A DNA stretch of 64,000 bases from positions 1-64,000 of the IMG/VR virus record IMGVR_UViG_3300045921_000146. One strand, given 5' to 3'. Below are positions 20,222 to 30,342 of the stretch, one piece after another. The notes below the pieces were generated by a model that worked only from the letters and a program-made list of their open reading frames with translations, was not told where the DNA came from and did no database searches. Position numbers and translations under genes: made by a program. How positions within the stretch are numbered: position 1 is the stretch's first letter; each line of letters opens with the position of its first letter. The DNA comes from a virus.

Positions 20222-20509
20222 TTATAATTCCCTACAAATAAATTGCAACTCTGGAGGCACTTTTCCTTCTGGACAAGCTACCTGAACTGTTCCGTCTACT
20301 GATAAGTTTAAAACGTCTAAGTTCTCTAGAGTACACTCTGCTACAGCTTTAGGGTCTGGTCCAACAGAAGCCTCGCAAAGCTTTCTAATTTGCTCTAGAA
20401 ACTGAAGTTCTACGACCACTCGGTGTTTAGTTTCTCCCTCAGTGGTAATTCTTTGGTTTCCGTTAAAGCCGCAACCAACTAGTAGTAACAAACTGGCTAA
20501 TAATTTCAC
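20222..20509 (-). CDS. Putative lipoprotein
   Basis: MKLLASLLLLVGC lipobox. Confidence 0.65.
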   Translation of the reverse strand: MKLLASLLLLVGCGFNGNQRITTEGETKHRVVVELQFLEQIRKLCEASVGPDPKAVAECTLENLDVLNLSVDGTVQVACPEGKVPPELQFICREL

Positions 20510-21001
20510 ATGGCCCTCCAGATTTTACTGTGCTCTTTTTTAACCTGTTTCTTAGCTTTAACTACTCTAATTCTATTAGCAGCTTTATCTAATGCTAATA
20601 CTATAAAAACAGTTACTACCATTAACGTTACTACAAAAAGTGCAGTTAAATCAGTTAAGTTATCTAATACTGACATACTAAAATTTCCTCAAATAAAGTA
20701 GTATTAAAGCTAAAGCTATAGCCAAATTTAAAGTTTCTCCAGAAACAACGTATACCCCTAAGTTAAATGTTGCCAAAGGTAATATTGTAGAGTCTAGAAA
20801 CTTAACTAAGCGGCCCACAAATTAATCCTCTCTTCTGACACCTTCTGACTTTAACACAGCGTCCTCAATTTTGTCAATACGGTAGTGTAGGTGAAAATTC
20901 ATTCCCAAAAGAAAACACAGGATACTGGCAGGGTTTTGAGTCAACAAGAAATACATTCCCAACCCAAATAGGGCTAAAGCCAAAGTTCCGTTAAGGTTCA
21001 T
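20506..21001 (-). CDS. Three tandem tiny membrane-protein ORFs (first starts at 21001; last is 20506-20676)
   Basis: Each is under 60 aa, hydrophobic and preceded by an AGGA/GAGG RBS. Confidence 0.45.
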
Positions 21002-21029
21002 TTTTTACTCCTGGTTAGTTTAGTTAATT

Positions 21030-21275
21030 TTACCATTCAATGTGGACTACGGAATAGTCGAAAGCTTCTTCAGGTTCTACAAATACTCTAAAACCTTGTT
21101 CTTCCAATTTAGCCTTTAAGCTTCGTTCTACTAAAGAATTTTCTACGTCAAGAATTATATTAGTAAAACCTAAGCCTGCATGACGTTTAATATTTTCTTC
21201 TACCTGTTTTAAAGTAGTTATAAGTGTAGGTATTCGTTTTTCTGTTATCTGTCTAGCTCTTTTTGCTGATAGCAT
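21030..21275 (-). CDS. Hypothetical protein
   Basis: MLSA..AR..L...GF.V..IEW pattern common in phages. Confidence 0.6.
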   Translation of the reverse strand: MLSAKRARQITEKRIPTLITTLKQVEENIKRHAGLGFTNIILDVENSLVERSLKAKLEEQGFRVFVEPEEAFDYSVVHIEW

Positions 21276-21927
21276 TTATTACCTCGTCTACAGCTTTGTG
21301 TAACTGCTTAATAGTACCTTTATTTTCGATAGTAAACTCAAAATTATAATTATCTAAGTCTCTTTCAGATGGGTCTGTAGTATTAATACTAGCGTGTCGG
21401 TTAATACGAATACAAGCAATATTTGGAAATTCTTTTTTAAGAGCTTCTATTTCAGACCTATACCGTACGTCCGTAATGACCACTCCTTCAGCCCAAGCCA
21501 CTACGTTAGGCAGGTTAATACAGCTAGGGTCAGCCATCTCCTCTTTAATATCTTTAATAGTGACTTTAAGCCAATGGTCTGAGTCCACGGCTCTACAGGT
21601 AGACCCTTTAAGGATACAGAGGGCTCTGGGGGTCCAGTAGCCTAGTTTTAGCTCGTCTTTGAGTAGTTCTGCTATAGCCTCTGAAAATTTGTCTTTAGGC
21701 GCAACAGGAAGCCTTGCAATAGGTTTTTCCTTGTAATGGGGGTCGTGGCACCATTCTAGGGGTATGTTGAATTCTGAGGCAACCTGGGCCTTCAAGGGGT
21801 CAGCCAGGGCTACCCTGTGGAGGAAGTACTTTTCCTTGAGGTATTTAGCTACTTCGTCCTTGCCGCTACCCTTCCAACCTGAGAGGGCTATAATTTTGAA
21901 TTGGGACATAAGCTCTCCTTTACACAA
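21253..21927 (-). CDS. Deoxynucleoside monophosphate kinase
   Basis: P-loop SGWKGSGKD; LADPLK, ITDVRY and SE motifs. Confidence 0.85.
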   Translation of the reverse strand: MCKGELMSQFKIIALSGWKGSGKDEVAKYLKEKYFLHRVALADPLKAQVASEFNIPLEWCHDPHYKEKPIARLPVAPKDKFSEAIAELLKDELKLGYWTPRALCILKGSTCRAVDSDHWLKVTIKDIKEEMADPSCINLPNVVAWAEGVVITDVRYRSEIEALKKEFPNIACIRINRHASINTTDPSERDLDNYNFEFTIENKGTIKQLHKAVDEVINAISKKS

Positions 21928-21992
21928 ACTATACCCTAAATATTAGGGATAGCAAATTAAATATTTTTATGGGAGGTATAAAATTTAGTAAT

Positions 21993-22016
21993 AAAAAAGG
22001 CGGCCTAAAGCCGCCC
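21993..22016 (-). terminator. Intrinsic terminator after RNR
   Basis: GGCGGC-TTTAG-GCCGCC followed by a T6 tract on the - strand. Confidence 0.75.
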
Positions 22017-22042
22017 TGACACCTTCAAACTTTAAGCTACCC

Positions 22043-24796
22043 TTATTTTACTGGGCAAACTCCGCCCTCACATTCAAAGGAATCTAAAATAGCCTGTTCG
22101 TCAATTTCTTCAATTTTACTTATAGGCTTACAGTTCTTTACCATTTGCTGGTACTGTTCTTCAGTAATCTCCTCTAAAGGGGCCTGGTCAAACCCGTGTT
22201 CAGAGTGTAGCAAAAAGCTGCAAGTCTTAACCGAGTTGTTGTAGTTTTTATACAACCATTGCTTAATGTCCTCCAACTCCTCTTTTTTATAGTAGATAGT
22301 GACAGATACAGCATTGTCAGACCAGTTACTTTGTAATTCTTTAACTACTTCAAGTTGGTCTACCGCAGTCATATCTTTAGCTACTATAGTATTGTTTGGA
22401 AACTTACAAGGGAAACTAACTACTACAGTACTCATGTCGTTTGAGCCGTCGAAGTTGCGTTGGTACTCTACTGGATAGCCAGCCTTTCTACACAACTCTA
22501 CCAAAGGAATGTTACTAGCCATACGAATTCTTCTAATGTGGTAGTGGCTGTAACCTGGGTGAGCCCCTGGAGTAACGCCAGCTAACAAACTCAAAGTCCC
22601 AGAAGGTTTAACTGTGGTTAATTTAATACTAGTAGGAAAGTCGTGTTTAGCACTGTACTTTCTGTCGTAAATTCTAAGTTGTTCGTACACTTCAGGCAGC
22701 CAACTCTTTTGTTTTTTAGAAGCTTGCATATAACCAGTAACTCCTATACCCATGCGCATATTCTTGTGTACGATGGTTTCTGTTTCTTCTAAATGACAAC
22801 CTAAAGCTAAACTATGTTTATTAATTCTGTATAAGTAAGTAGCTACTTCTAGTAACTCTTCTTTGGATTCTATATTAGGTAAAAATATTTCTGCTAAACA
22901 ACAAGTCTCGTAAGGGGCTAAGCTTTGTTCTGCACAATTAGAAACGTCTAAGCCGCCAGTCCAATAGGTATGTGAAGCGTTGTCTACAGTAATATCGTAA
23001 ACTTCGTGTTCTCCCAGGTAATTTACTTCTCTAACTTCTGCGAAAGTCTCTTCGTCGTTAGGCTTATACAATTCTAAAGCTTCTCTCATTTTTTGCATTT
23101 CGTATTCTTGCAAAAAACCAATTCTAGAGTAAAACTCCCTAAAATCTTTAGTAATGTTTACGTCGTAGTACTCTTTGCCAAACTCCTCGCCGCTATAAAA
23201 TTCTACGGAGGTTGATTTGTTGGTTGTTATGTAAGACCTAATACCTAAACTAGAAAGAACCAGTTGTAATTCTTCTGCTAATTTTTTAGAAGTGGTTTTA
23301 TATGAAACTTTTACTGAATTATCTTTTTGTTTTACAACTGTGCCATTTGCTGAATACAAGCCTCTCAAAAAAGACAGAAGTTCCAACTTATTCAATTTGT
23401 TGCAGTAGTCCAATAGGCTTGTATTTTCATTTCCGTAAATTTTTGTAACTTCTTTTTTACAGTAATCGTTCCCAATAAATTGCCCAGCCCTAATCTGTTC
23501 AGGCATAAAGTCTTCTGGTTTTTCAGCTAGAGGTCCAGAAATTACGTGAACTTCTTTACAAAACTTAGCCTCAACTTTACCTTGCTTAGTTACTAATCTG
23601 TGGTTTTCAGTACCCACGAAACTACCACTAGAAGTTTTATACTCAAAAACAGGTTTGACTCCAGTACTCCATTTATTAACGATCTTAGTCCAACCTTCTT
23701 TAGACCAAATAAAATCCCCAATAGAAATGTCATTAAAGGTTTTTATACCGTCCTTAGTTAGCACTGTAGCAAAACTAGGTTGACACGGATTGAAACCTAG
23801 GACTTCAGGATCTGGATACTGAGTCTCATCTATACGTCCCATACGCTGAGAGTTTCGCAGATTAATGAGTCCGTAAGGCTCTCCATTACCCTTATAACCT
23901 TCCCAAAATTGCACTGGAAGTTGCGAGATATCGTTACATACTATGGAGTTATTTGACATAGCTCTCCAGTTGGGAATGTTGCCCAAGTCCCAACGTTTAG
24001 CATTTAAAAATTGTAAATCGTCCATATCGCCAATAGCTATTTGAGCTGAACGCCGAACATTTCCAGCTACTACAATTTTACCAATAATATTCATAATGTC
24101 TAAGCAGTCAATTGGTCTAACCTTTTTTCCTGCTCTATTATTCAACAACTTATTAATTTCTTCAATGCCCCAGCATAACTCGTCCGGCCCTGAAGCGGAG
24201 CCTCCAAAACCTTTAATAGGAGAACCTTTACTTCTGATACAGATAGTAGAGTAACTAAAACCTTTACCAGTTACGTAGTGAGCTTCCAACGTTTTCTTTA
24301 ACAACTCTACCCAACCTTCTCTACTATCAGGTACGATAAAGTCTGCGTCAGCAGAATCTTTTCTAGTTACTTTAACTTTTTTAGGTTTAGGTAATTCGTA
24401 AACATACTCTTTTTGTATGTTGTACCCCACTCCAGAACCAAGCATCAACATATCCATACACCAAGTAAAAGGTCGAATAGGGTGGTCTACTACGGTAAAG
24501 GCACAGTTCTGTAAACTAGCCAGTCCTAATTTCTTAACTGTTTTAGTGCCCAACTGCCAAAGAAATCTACCTGCTACAGTACCTTTTAGTTGTAACATAA
24601 TTTCTTTTAGTCGTTTTTGTTCTTTGGGCGTGAAACCTACTTTAAGTTGTTTGTCGCAAGCTTCAACTACCCTATCAACAGTCTGCTCCCACTCTTCTGT
24701 AGGAGAATTAGGGTCTGCGTCTTTTAATCTACGAGCATAAGTTCTTTTGTACGAAATGTAACCTACTGGTCCCCAAGGAATTTCTATATTTGACAT
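22043..24796 (-). CDS. nrdJ: Class II (adenosylcobalamin-dependent) ribonucleotide reductase, intein-containing
   Basis: YKRTYAR, AGRFLW, VAGNVRRSA, NP|CAEQ and TVKPSGT motifs; C-terminal CEGGVCP; no beta subunit nearby. Confidence 0.9.
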   Translation of the reverse strand: MSNIEIPWGPVGYISYKRTYARRLKDADPNSPTEEWEQTVDRVVEACDKQLKVGFTPKEQKRLKEIMLQLKGTVAGRFLWQLGTKTVKKLGLASLQNCAFTVVDHPIRPFTWCMDMLMLGSGVGYNIQKEYVYELPKPKKVKVTRKDSADADFIVPDSREGWVELLKKTLEAHYVTGKGFSYSTICIRSKGSPIKGFGGSASGPDELCWGIEEINKLLNNRAGKKVRPIDCLDIMNIIGKIVVAGNVRRSAQIAIGDMDDLQFLNAKRWDLGNIPNWRAMSNNSIVCNDISQLPVQFWEGYKGNGEPYGLINLRNSQRMGRIDETQYPDPEVLGFNPCQPSFATVLTKDGIKTFNDISIGDFIWSKEGWTKIVNKWSTGVKPVFEYKTSSGSFVGTENHRLVTKQGKVEAKFCKEVHVISGPLAEKPEDFMPEQIRAGQFIGNDYCKKEVTKIYGNENTSLLDYCNKLNKLELLSFLRGLYSANGTVVKQKDNSVKVSYKTTSKKLAEELQLVLSSLGIRSYITTNKSTSVEFYSGEEFGKEYYDVNITKDFREFYSRIGFLQEYEMQKMREALELYKPNDEETFAEVREVNYLGEHEVYDITVDNASHTYWTGGLDVSNCAEQSLAPYETCCLAEIFLPNIESKEELLEVATYLYRINKHSLALGCHLEETETIVHKNMRMGIGVTGYMQASKKQKSWLPEVYEQLRIYDRKYSAKHDFPTSIKLTTVKPSGTLSLLAGVTPGAHPGYSHYHIRRIRMASNIPLVELCRKAGYPVEYQRNFDGSNDMSTVVVSFPCKFPNNTIVAKDMTAVDQLEVVKELQSNWSDNAVSVTIYYKKEELEDIKQWLYKNYNNSVKTCSFLLHSEHGFDQAPLEEITEEQYQQMVKNCKPISKIEEIDEQAILDSFECEGGVCPVK
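22937..23785 (-). mobile_element. Intein in RNR (283 aa, degenerate LAGLIDADG)
   Basis: Starts CQPSFAT; GTENHRL; FLRGLYSANG; ends DVSN followed by the catalytic Cys. Confidence 0.88.
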
Positions 24797-24803
24797 ACTA
24801 CCC

Positions 24804-25325
24804 CTACTGCTTGTCGTCTTTAGTTGATTTATGTTTAACGCCTTTTTCGTCAATACGAATTTCAGCGTAATTAATTCTTCCAGTTTTTACAATATTTTTA
24901 ATAATTTTTTGTCTGCGTGAAGGCTTAGAATTGCCAGTCTTAACTTCTATAAAAGTTATTTCTCCCTGGTCAAAGTCGAAGCATATAAAGTCGCAAGGAT
25001 TTCCAAGGAATGAAAGGTCTTTAGGGTTGTATGGACAACCAGATAAGAAAGGTACTAAGTGTTCCCCGATTTGTCCCAATCTAGTTTCGCTAGATTTTTT
25101 TTGAGACAAAAGTGTTCTATTCTTCTCCCTTTCTCTACCTAACTCGTCCTCCAAATTTCTTTGCTCTAGTATAAGTTCTCTTACACTCTGAGTTAATTCT
25201 TTGTTGCTAACTTTAGAATCAATAACTTCTTTTTCGTACGCTCGTAGTTTTTTAATCTCTACTGACAATACAAATACTAAGCCTAATAAAAATACAAAGG
25301 CTCCTGCTACTAGTAAACTAGTCAT
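24804..25325 (-). CDS. Archaeal-type Holliday junction resolvase-like endonuclease with N-terminal TM
   Basis: GQIGEHLVPF..FLGNPCDFICF..IEVKTG. Confidence 0.8.
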   Translation of the reverse strand: MTSLLVAGAFVFLLGLVFVLSVEIKKLRAYEKEVIDSKVSNKELTQSVRELILEQRNLEDELGREREKNRTLLSQKKSSETRLGQIGEHLVPFLSGCPYNPKDLSFLGNPCDFICFDFDQGEITFIEVKTGNSKPSRRQKIIKNIVKTGRINYAEIRIDEKGVKHKSTKDDKQ

Positions 25326-25608
25326 TATCTTTTTCTCCTAAGAGAGCTTCATTAGCAGCTTCCGATAACATCTTAACTTTATCTGTTAAGTGATTAATAC
25401 CTGTTACTTGGCGCAGAATTTCTACTTCGCTCTTGATTAGCTCTTTGAGTTCTTTATCTTCGTTAATCAATAATTGTTTAATTTTCTGGATACGCACAAT
25501 TTTTTCTCGTACGTGAGGTAACTTATTAATTACGTATTCTTCAGGTGAGAAGGGACCTTTCATACCGTCCCGAGGCTCGTTCTTTACTTCTTCTTTATTT
25601 TCTTCCAT
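25318..25608 (-). CDS. Hypothetical protein
   Basis: ORF within a compact operon. Confidence 0.6.
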   Translation of the reverse strand: MEENKEEVKNEPRDGMKGPFSPEEYVINKLPHVREKIVRIQKIKQLLINEDKELKELIKSEVEILRQVTGINHLTDKVKMLSEAANEALLGEKDND

Positions 25609-25609
25609 A

Positions 25610-26071
25610 CTAAAACTCCACGCTTAAACTAGCGCCATAAGATCCAAAACGAGTTTCGGACCAGGCTCCTAAAAATACAGGTCCGATTATTCTTCTTTCA
25701 ATTCCAACTCTAATATTGTCACTGTCCAAGCCGCCATTACCAATAGTGGCCGCTACTTGTGCTCTCCATTGAGGTTTAAAGTTTTCAACAATCTTACTAG
25801 TATTAGTCTGCTTATCAGTTTCTTTACTAGTTTTCTTTTTAGAGTCGCTAATATTTTCTGTAGTTGTTTCTACTACTTTAGTGCCGTCAGGTTTAGTAGT
25901 TTCTTTAACTATAGTGCGAACTTCTGTCTTCACTCTTTCTACTTCTACTTCAACTACTTGCACTTTAGTTTCAGTCTTAGTAACTACTTTAGCTGGTTGT
26001 AGGTAACGCCCGAAGGCGTAACCTAACAAACCTACCAAAACTACAATAAGTAGTCCTGCTTTTAAATTCAT
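25610..26071 (-). CDS. Envelope protein with C-terminal beta strands ending in Phe (spanin/OMP-like)
   Basis: N-terminal TM, T/K/E-rich linker, ends GASLSVEF. Confidence 0.55.
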   Translation of the reverse strand: MNLKAGLLIVVLVGLLGYAFGRYLQPAKVVTKTETKVQVVEVEVERVKTEVRTIVKETTKPDGTKVVETTTENISDSKKKTSKETDKQTNTSKIVENFKPQWRAQVAATIGNGGLDSDNIRVGIERRIIGPVFLGAWSETRFGSYGASLSVEF

Positions 26072-26907
26072 AGATATACTCCAACATCACCATTTTTAGA
26101 ATGTTGCTCTACAAATTCCTTCTTTTTAAGGTAAGGCATTTTAATAGCATTTTCGGCTTTAATGCGCTCTTTGGGGTCCAACATCCACAAGTTAGTATCT
26201 TCAAAGTCAAAAGCTAGGGGAGCAGAGACTAGAGGGCATTTAGACATTGTAAGCTTGACCACGCCAAAGAAAGTGTAGATCTTTTCAATTTGCGTTCCTT
26301 CCAAAGAAGAGTCGCAAACTACATTAGCAATTACGTCGGCAGCATTATCCTTGATTGCGTGTTTACCTACTACCCAGTACTCGTTTAAAATTAATTTTTG
26401 GTAGGAAGCTAGGGACATTTTCATTCTTTTAGCCATGTCACGCTCAATGTCTTCAATAGTCTTATGAATCCAGGCGCTACGAGTAGTCATCTCTCCAGGA
26501 ATTTGACCACTGACTCCGCCTCTGGCTCTATGTGACATCAAAGTAGCATTAGGTAGGATTACTCGGCGGCCAAGACTTTGTACGGTAATAAAACCCATAG
26601 AAGCTGCAAAAGAAGTAACAGTCACTACTTCTTGCGGAATACTTTTAAGAGTATCAATCAAAGCCATTCCTGCTCCTACACTGCCACCTGGAGTATCCAA
26701 GTACAGATAAATAGTAGAATTTTTAGACAAGCTATTGCTTAGAGCTACCAACTTTTGCTGAAGTTGCGCCACGGAACTATATGTAACAGGTCCCTGCAAA
26801 GCTAAAGTATTACTTTTACTAAGTGTGATTTTCGGCGTAGCCGTCTGCTGCCCTAAGCACACAGAAGCCGTAAAAGTTAGTACTGCCGATAGAATAAATT
26901 TAATCAT
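26068..26907 (-). CDS. ClpP-like serine protease with signal peptide
   Basis: LDTPGGSV, FAASMG and MSH motifs; hydrophobic N-terminus. Confidence 0.8.
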   Translation of the reverse strand: MIKFILSAVLTFTASVCLGQQTATPKITLSKSNTLALQGPVTYSSVAQLQQKLVALSNSLSKNSTIYLYLDTPGGSVGAGMALIDTLKSIPQEVVTVTSFAASMGFITVQSLGRRVILPNATLMSHRARGGVSGQIPGEMTTRSAWIHKTIEDIERDMAKRMKMSLASYQKLILNEYWVVGKHAIKDNAADVIANVVCDSSLEGTQIEKIYTFFGVVKLTMSKCPLVSAPLAFDFEDTNLWMLDPKERIKAENAIKMPYLKKKEFVEQHSKNGDVGVYL

Positions 26908-26916
26908 TGTCTCTCC

Positions 26917-27582
26917 TTATTTGCCCCAAGTATGACCTACGTGAGGGTTAAACTTAATATTATTAAAACTCATATTTTTTTCTTCTAGGCCCAATCTAAT
27001 AAGCCAACCTATAGCTACTCCAAAAGCATCGTAAACGTCTGAAGGAGTTTTTCTATTTGTTTTTGTAATATTGGATACACTTTGTTCTGGTACTTGTACG
27101 TATTCTAATATTTTTTGTTTTGTAGGCTCTTTAAAATCTTTCTTATCATTACGCTTAATCCCTAACGTGGAGCGCCAGCTCTGAGGTAGGATAGAGTCAA
27201 CTGTCACTCCGTTCTCCCATGCGCCAGCTTTAATGGCTCCCTGCATTTCCGGCACTACTTGTACTCCCATCATCTTCTTGGAATTAATAGTGTACTGCTC
27301 AACTACAATGTAGTCAATATTTTGTACGATCCAAAAGTAATTGCACAGAGCATTAAACATATAGTTGTACTTTTGTTGGTGCGGCCACTTAGGGTCCAAC
27401 CAAATAGCTCCTGCGCACTTAAAATCTACTTTTTTAGTCTTAAAGTCTACAGAAGTTACCACATACCCCGTACAACTTGAACTAATATCTAGAAATAGGA
27501 GGTTACTATGTCCTACTTCCATTAGCTTTTCTTGCTGTAGCTGAGATTGTAATTGTTCTAAATCTTGTACTTTATCGCCCAT
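26917..27582 (-). CDS. RuvC-like Holliday junction resolvase
   Basis: FLDISSSCTG, VVEQ and SDVYDA acidic catalytic residues. Confidence 0.75.
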   Translation of the reverse strand: MGDKVQDLEQLQSQLQQEKLMEVGHSNLLFLDISSSCTGYVVTSVDFKTKKVDFKCAGAIWLDPKWPHQQKYNYMFNALCNYFWIVQNIDYIVVEQYTINSKKMMGVQVVPEMQGAIKAGAWENGVTVDSILPQSWRSTLGIKRNDKKDFKEPTKQKILEYVQVPEQSVSNITKTNRKTPSDVYDAFGVAIGWLIRLGLEEKNMSFNNIKFNPHVGHTWGK

Positions 27583-28096
27583 ATTTTGTAAAAAACTCCT
27601 TCTCTAGTTCTTCAGCTAATTTTAGGTCTTGAGCCTTTTTAGCTTGTCTAATTTTTTTTGAAAGTTCTCGTCTTTCCTTCTGCTCCCACATCTGCTTAGT
27701 ATATTCTATCTTAGAATCTACCATTTTGGCAAAATCTTTTGCAGTCTTAACGTCTTTTCCTCTTTTAATGTGGGCAGAATATAAAGCTTCTTTAATCTGT
27801 TTTAAATTGTCATCGTCTCGCTCAGCCAGAGGAATAAGATCTTCAAACATCTTGAGTTTAGCTTCATACTCTTCTCTAGTTTTTGCAGTAACAATAGAAT
27901 TAATAGTCCTTTTAATCTTTCCAATACCTTCTTTGTAAAGCATTTGTTGAGCTTCAATAACTATTTCATTTACTGCTCTAGTATTTAGATCTGGCTTGGA
28001 GTCCTTGTCATCTAACCACAATAATAACTCTAAATACTTAGTTCCTAACCAAGTACCATAGAACCAGTATAGTAATCTATTAAACATCTTCTCCAT
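27572..28096 (-). CDS. Hypothetical helical protein
   Basis: Overlapping ORF within the operon. Confidence 0.6.
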   Translation of the reverse strand: MEKMFNRLLYWFYGTWLGTKYLELLLWLDDKDSKPDLNTRAVNEIVIEAQQMLYKEGIGKIKRTINSIVTAKTREEYEAKLKMFEDLIPLAERDDDNLKQIKEALYSAHIKRGKDVKTAKDFAKMVDSKIEYTKQMWEQKERRELSKKIRQAKKAQDLKLAEELEKEFFTKYGR

Positions 28097-28460
28097 CTTT
28101 AATACCTTCTACTTTATCGTTGTAAGGTTTTACCTTTGTTCGATTCTGGCAGCTTGTGCATTTGCGAAAATAATGCACTCCGTCCCTACGACTTATAGTA
28201 AAAATTTTCATAAACCCAGTACGACAAACAAAACATTCCCACTTTTGTTTTAACTTCTTTCTTTCTTCTTTTATACTTTCTTGTAAGTCTTCTATTGATT
28301 GTTGATATACTAAATCTCTAAGATTTGTAAATCTATCAATGTCTACTCGTTGTAATTGTTTCCTTAAAGAACTTATTTGATTTTTTAACCTTTTGTTTTC
28401 ACATTTTAATTTTTGTAACTGATCTAATTCTTTATCTGCGTATCGGTTTCTGCGACTCAT
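28080..28460 (-). CDS. Coiled-coil plus Zn-ribbon protein
   Basis: CFVC...CTSC. Confidence 0.65.
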   Translation of the reverse strand: MSRRNRYADKELDQLQKLKCENKRLKNQISSLRKQLQRVDIDRFTNLRDLVYQQSIEDLQESIKEERKKLKQKWECFVCRTGFMKIFTISRRDGVHYFRKCTSCQNRTKVKPYNDKVEGIKDGEDV

Positions 28461-28468
28461 ACAGTCCT

Positions 28469-28909
28469 TTAGTTACCGCTGGAACCAAACCCTTCGGAAC
28501 CTCTGTTAGTTTCACTCAAACTGGTAACTTCTTCTAGTTCTAAATTAGGGCAAGGTACTACTAGTAATTGTCCTACTCTGTCCCCTACGTAATATTCTTC
28601 GGCGTTTTCTTTTGTGGGTTTGTATCTAAACTTAAGTTCTCCTCTGTAATTAGAGTCAATCACTCCTACTCCATTAGTCAAGAATAAATCTTTTTTAGAT
28701 AAGCTAGACCTAGCAAACAACAGCCCTACGTGCCCTGGAGGAATCTCTACAGCTATACCAGTGCCGTACTCGATAAATCCAAATTCTTGGTCATGGTAGA
28801 GGTCCACCGCCACTAGGTCCAGAGCAGCATCCCCTTCTCTAGTATATTTTGGAATTTCTGCGTGTTCCACAAGTCTCTGAAATTTCAGCTTAATGGAAGG
28901 TCGGGTCAC
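28469..28909 (-). CDS. dut: Trimeric dUTPase
   Basis: AALDL, ARSS, GVIDSNYRGE and RGSEGFGSSG motifs. Confidence 0.95.
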   Translation of the reverse strand: MTRPSIKLKFQRLVEHAEIPKYTREGDAALDLVAVDLYHDQEFGFIEYGTGIAVEIPPGHVGLLFARSSLSKKDLFLTNGVGVIDSNYRGELKFRYKPTKENAEEYYVGDRVGQLLVVPCPNLELEEVTSLSETNRGSEGFGSSGN

Positions 28910-29195
28910 TATTTCCTCCGTTACTAATAATATTAACCAGACGGTTACTAGTATTTACGTTATTTTTAACAGCACTTTTCTGGAACTTTTCTTGTAGTTG
29001 CTTGGCAGTCTCTTGCAAAGCTCTTAGCTCTTGCTCAGCCCGAATAAGTTTTACACCTGTAGGAGTTTTCATTTTAATGTGCAAAGTTCCTCCTAAGTAA
29101 ACTAATTTGTTTACTGCATAAGATAGAACTTTAATTACTAGTTCAATAGGCAAGGCTGCGTAGAACGGTATATTAGCAAACAAAGTTTTAATCAT
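28890..29195 (-). CDS. Hypothetical protein (start MIKTLF)
   Basis: Coupled to the recA stop; AGGAG RBS. Confidence 0.55.
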   Translation of the reverse strand: MIKTLFANIPFYAALPIELVIKVLSYAVNKLVYLGGTLHIKMKTPTGVKLIRAEQELRALQETAKQLQEKFQKSAVKNNVNTSNRLVNIISNGGNSDPTFH

Positions 29196-30117
29196 TTTCC
29201 GCCACTCCTTCTTCAAGTAGGTAGGAATCTCCCCACATAGCTCTATTACGTTTCTTGTAATCTTCAATAGCTCCTGACTCATTAGCGAAAATGCTGTCAG
29301 CAGTGATAACAAACTCGCCAGTATTCTTAATATTTGAGATATGATTTTTCTCAACTTTAATCTTACTGACAATACCAAACGTCTTAGTCTTACCTTCAAC
29401 TATAGCAGAAAGTTCTTTAACTTTGCTAGTTTTAATTTGCAACGAAGAAGTATACTTCAACTGTTTACCGCCTCTAAATTGATGTTTCATAATTCCTGAA
29501 GGAGTCATAGACTCATACATTTGATTTAGAATTACCATACCAATATAATGATTGTGAGTTTCATAGCGAGTATCGCAAACTCGATCAGACATCAATCTCA
29601 TGTGCTCTGATATAACCTTTGCGTTCTTCTGGTGAATGTTCTTTAGTTCAACAGTACCGTCTTTGTTTTCTTTCCGAGCTTCTCTAGAATTCACATTTCC
29701 TAAAGAATCAATGAAAATCATAACGTCGTGAGGTAGGCGGCCTTTATTTACATCAGCCAAAATCTTATCGCAGAACTCAAAGATGTCTTCTACGCTACGG
29801 CAGTTAAGATTAATGATAGCGTTTTCTGTATCTAGACCCATCATTCTAGCTCTATCTTCTCTATACTTTTTCTCTACGATGATTAATACAGGCAGGATGT
29901 CTTGCTGTTGGCATTTAGCCGCAGCTTCTAACATTAATGTGGATTTGCCTGTGTCGGAATCTCCGTAGATTTGCGTAATATCTCCCAAAGGGAAACCAGG
30001 AAGACCTAAAGCACTTTGTAGATCCTCGTTAAGAACTACGTACTTAGGTTTTTTTTCTTGTAGCTCGGTGGTTTTTAATGTGTCTTTGTACGCTTGTAAA
30101 TCAAATTTTTTTGCCAT
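29188..30117 (-). CDS. recA: RecA/UvsX-like recombinase
   Basis: GFPLGDITQIYGDSDTGKST, IDSLG, ILNQ, GGKQLKY and KNH motifs. Confidence 0.88.
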   Translation of the reverse strand: MAKKFDLQAYKDTLKTTELQEKKPKYVVLNEDLQSALGLPGFPLGDITQIYGDSDTGKSTLMLEAAAKCQQQDILPVLIIVEKKYREDRARMMGLDTENAIINLNCRSVEDIFEFCDKILADVNKGRLPHDVMIFIDSLGNVNSREARKENKDGTVELKNIHQKNAKVISEHMRLMSDRVCDTRYETHNHYIGMVILNQMYESMTPSGIMKHQFRGGKQLKYTSSLQIKTSKVKELSAIVEGKTKTFGIVSKIKVEKNHISNIKNTGEFVITADSIFANESGAIEDYKKRNRAMWGDSYLLEEGVAEND

Positions 30118-30135
30118 ACGTTCTCCAAATAAAAA

Positions 30136-30335
30136 TGTGTGGGCCAGGCGCTACTCTGACTCGAGGCCAACAGACCGTGGATTGCACTCAGTTCATCCAT
30201 TACTGGATCGCCTACGTCTAGGCCGCCACGTATCTGCCTGCGTGTCTCCAGTGGTTTGCGCAAGTTATTATAAGGGGGTATACCTTGCGCTCAAAAGTGC
30301 TGTAACACTCCCACAGCTTTCCACGCCGCCACACA
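30136..30335 (-). ncRNA. 200-nt tRNA-shaped structured RNA with expanded D and anticodon arms
   Basis: Terminal stem TGTGTGG/CCACACA, GCGTG/CACGC, several internal hairpins and a T-arm-like GTCAG/CTGGC; a GC-rich intergenic island. Confidence 0.7.
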
Positions 30336-30342
30336 AAACAAA

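Noticed and set aside
20848-20878. TTGACA-containing promoter on the - strand
   Set aside because: It lies inside a small ORF and its -10 element and spacing are weak.
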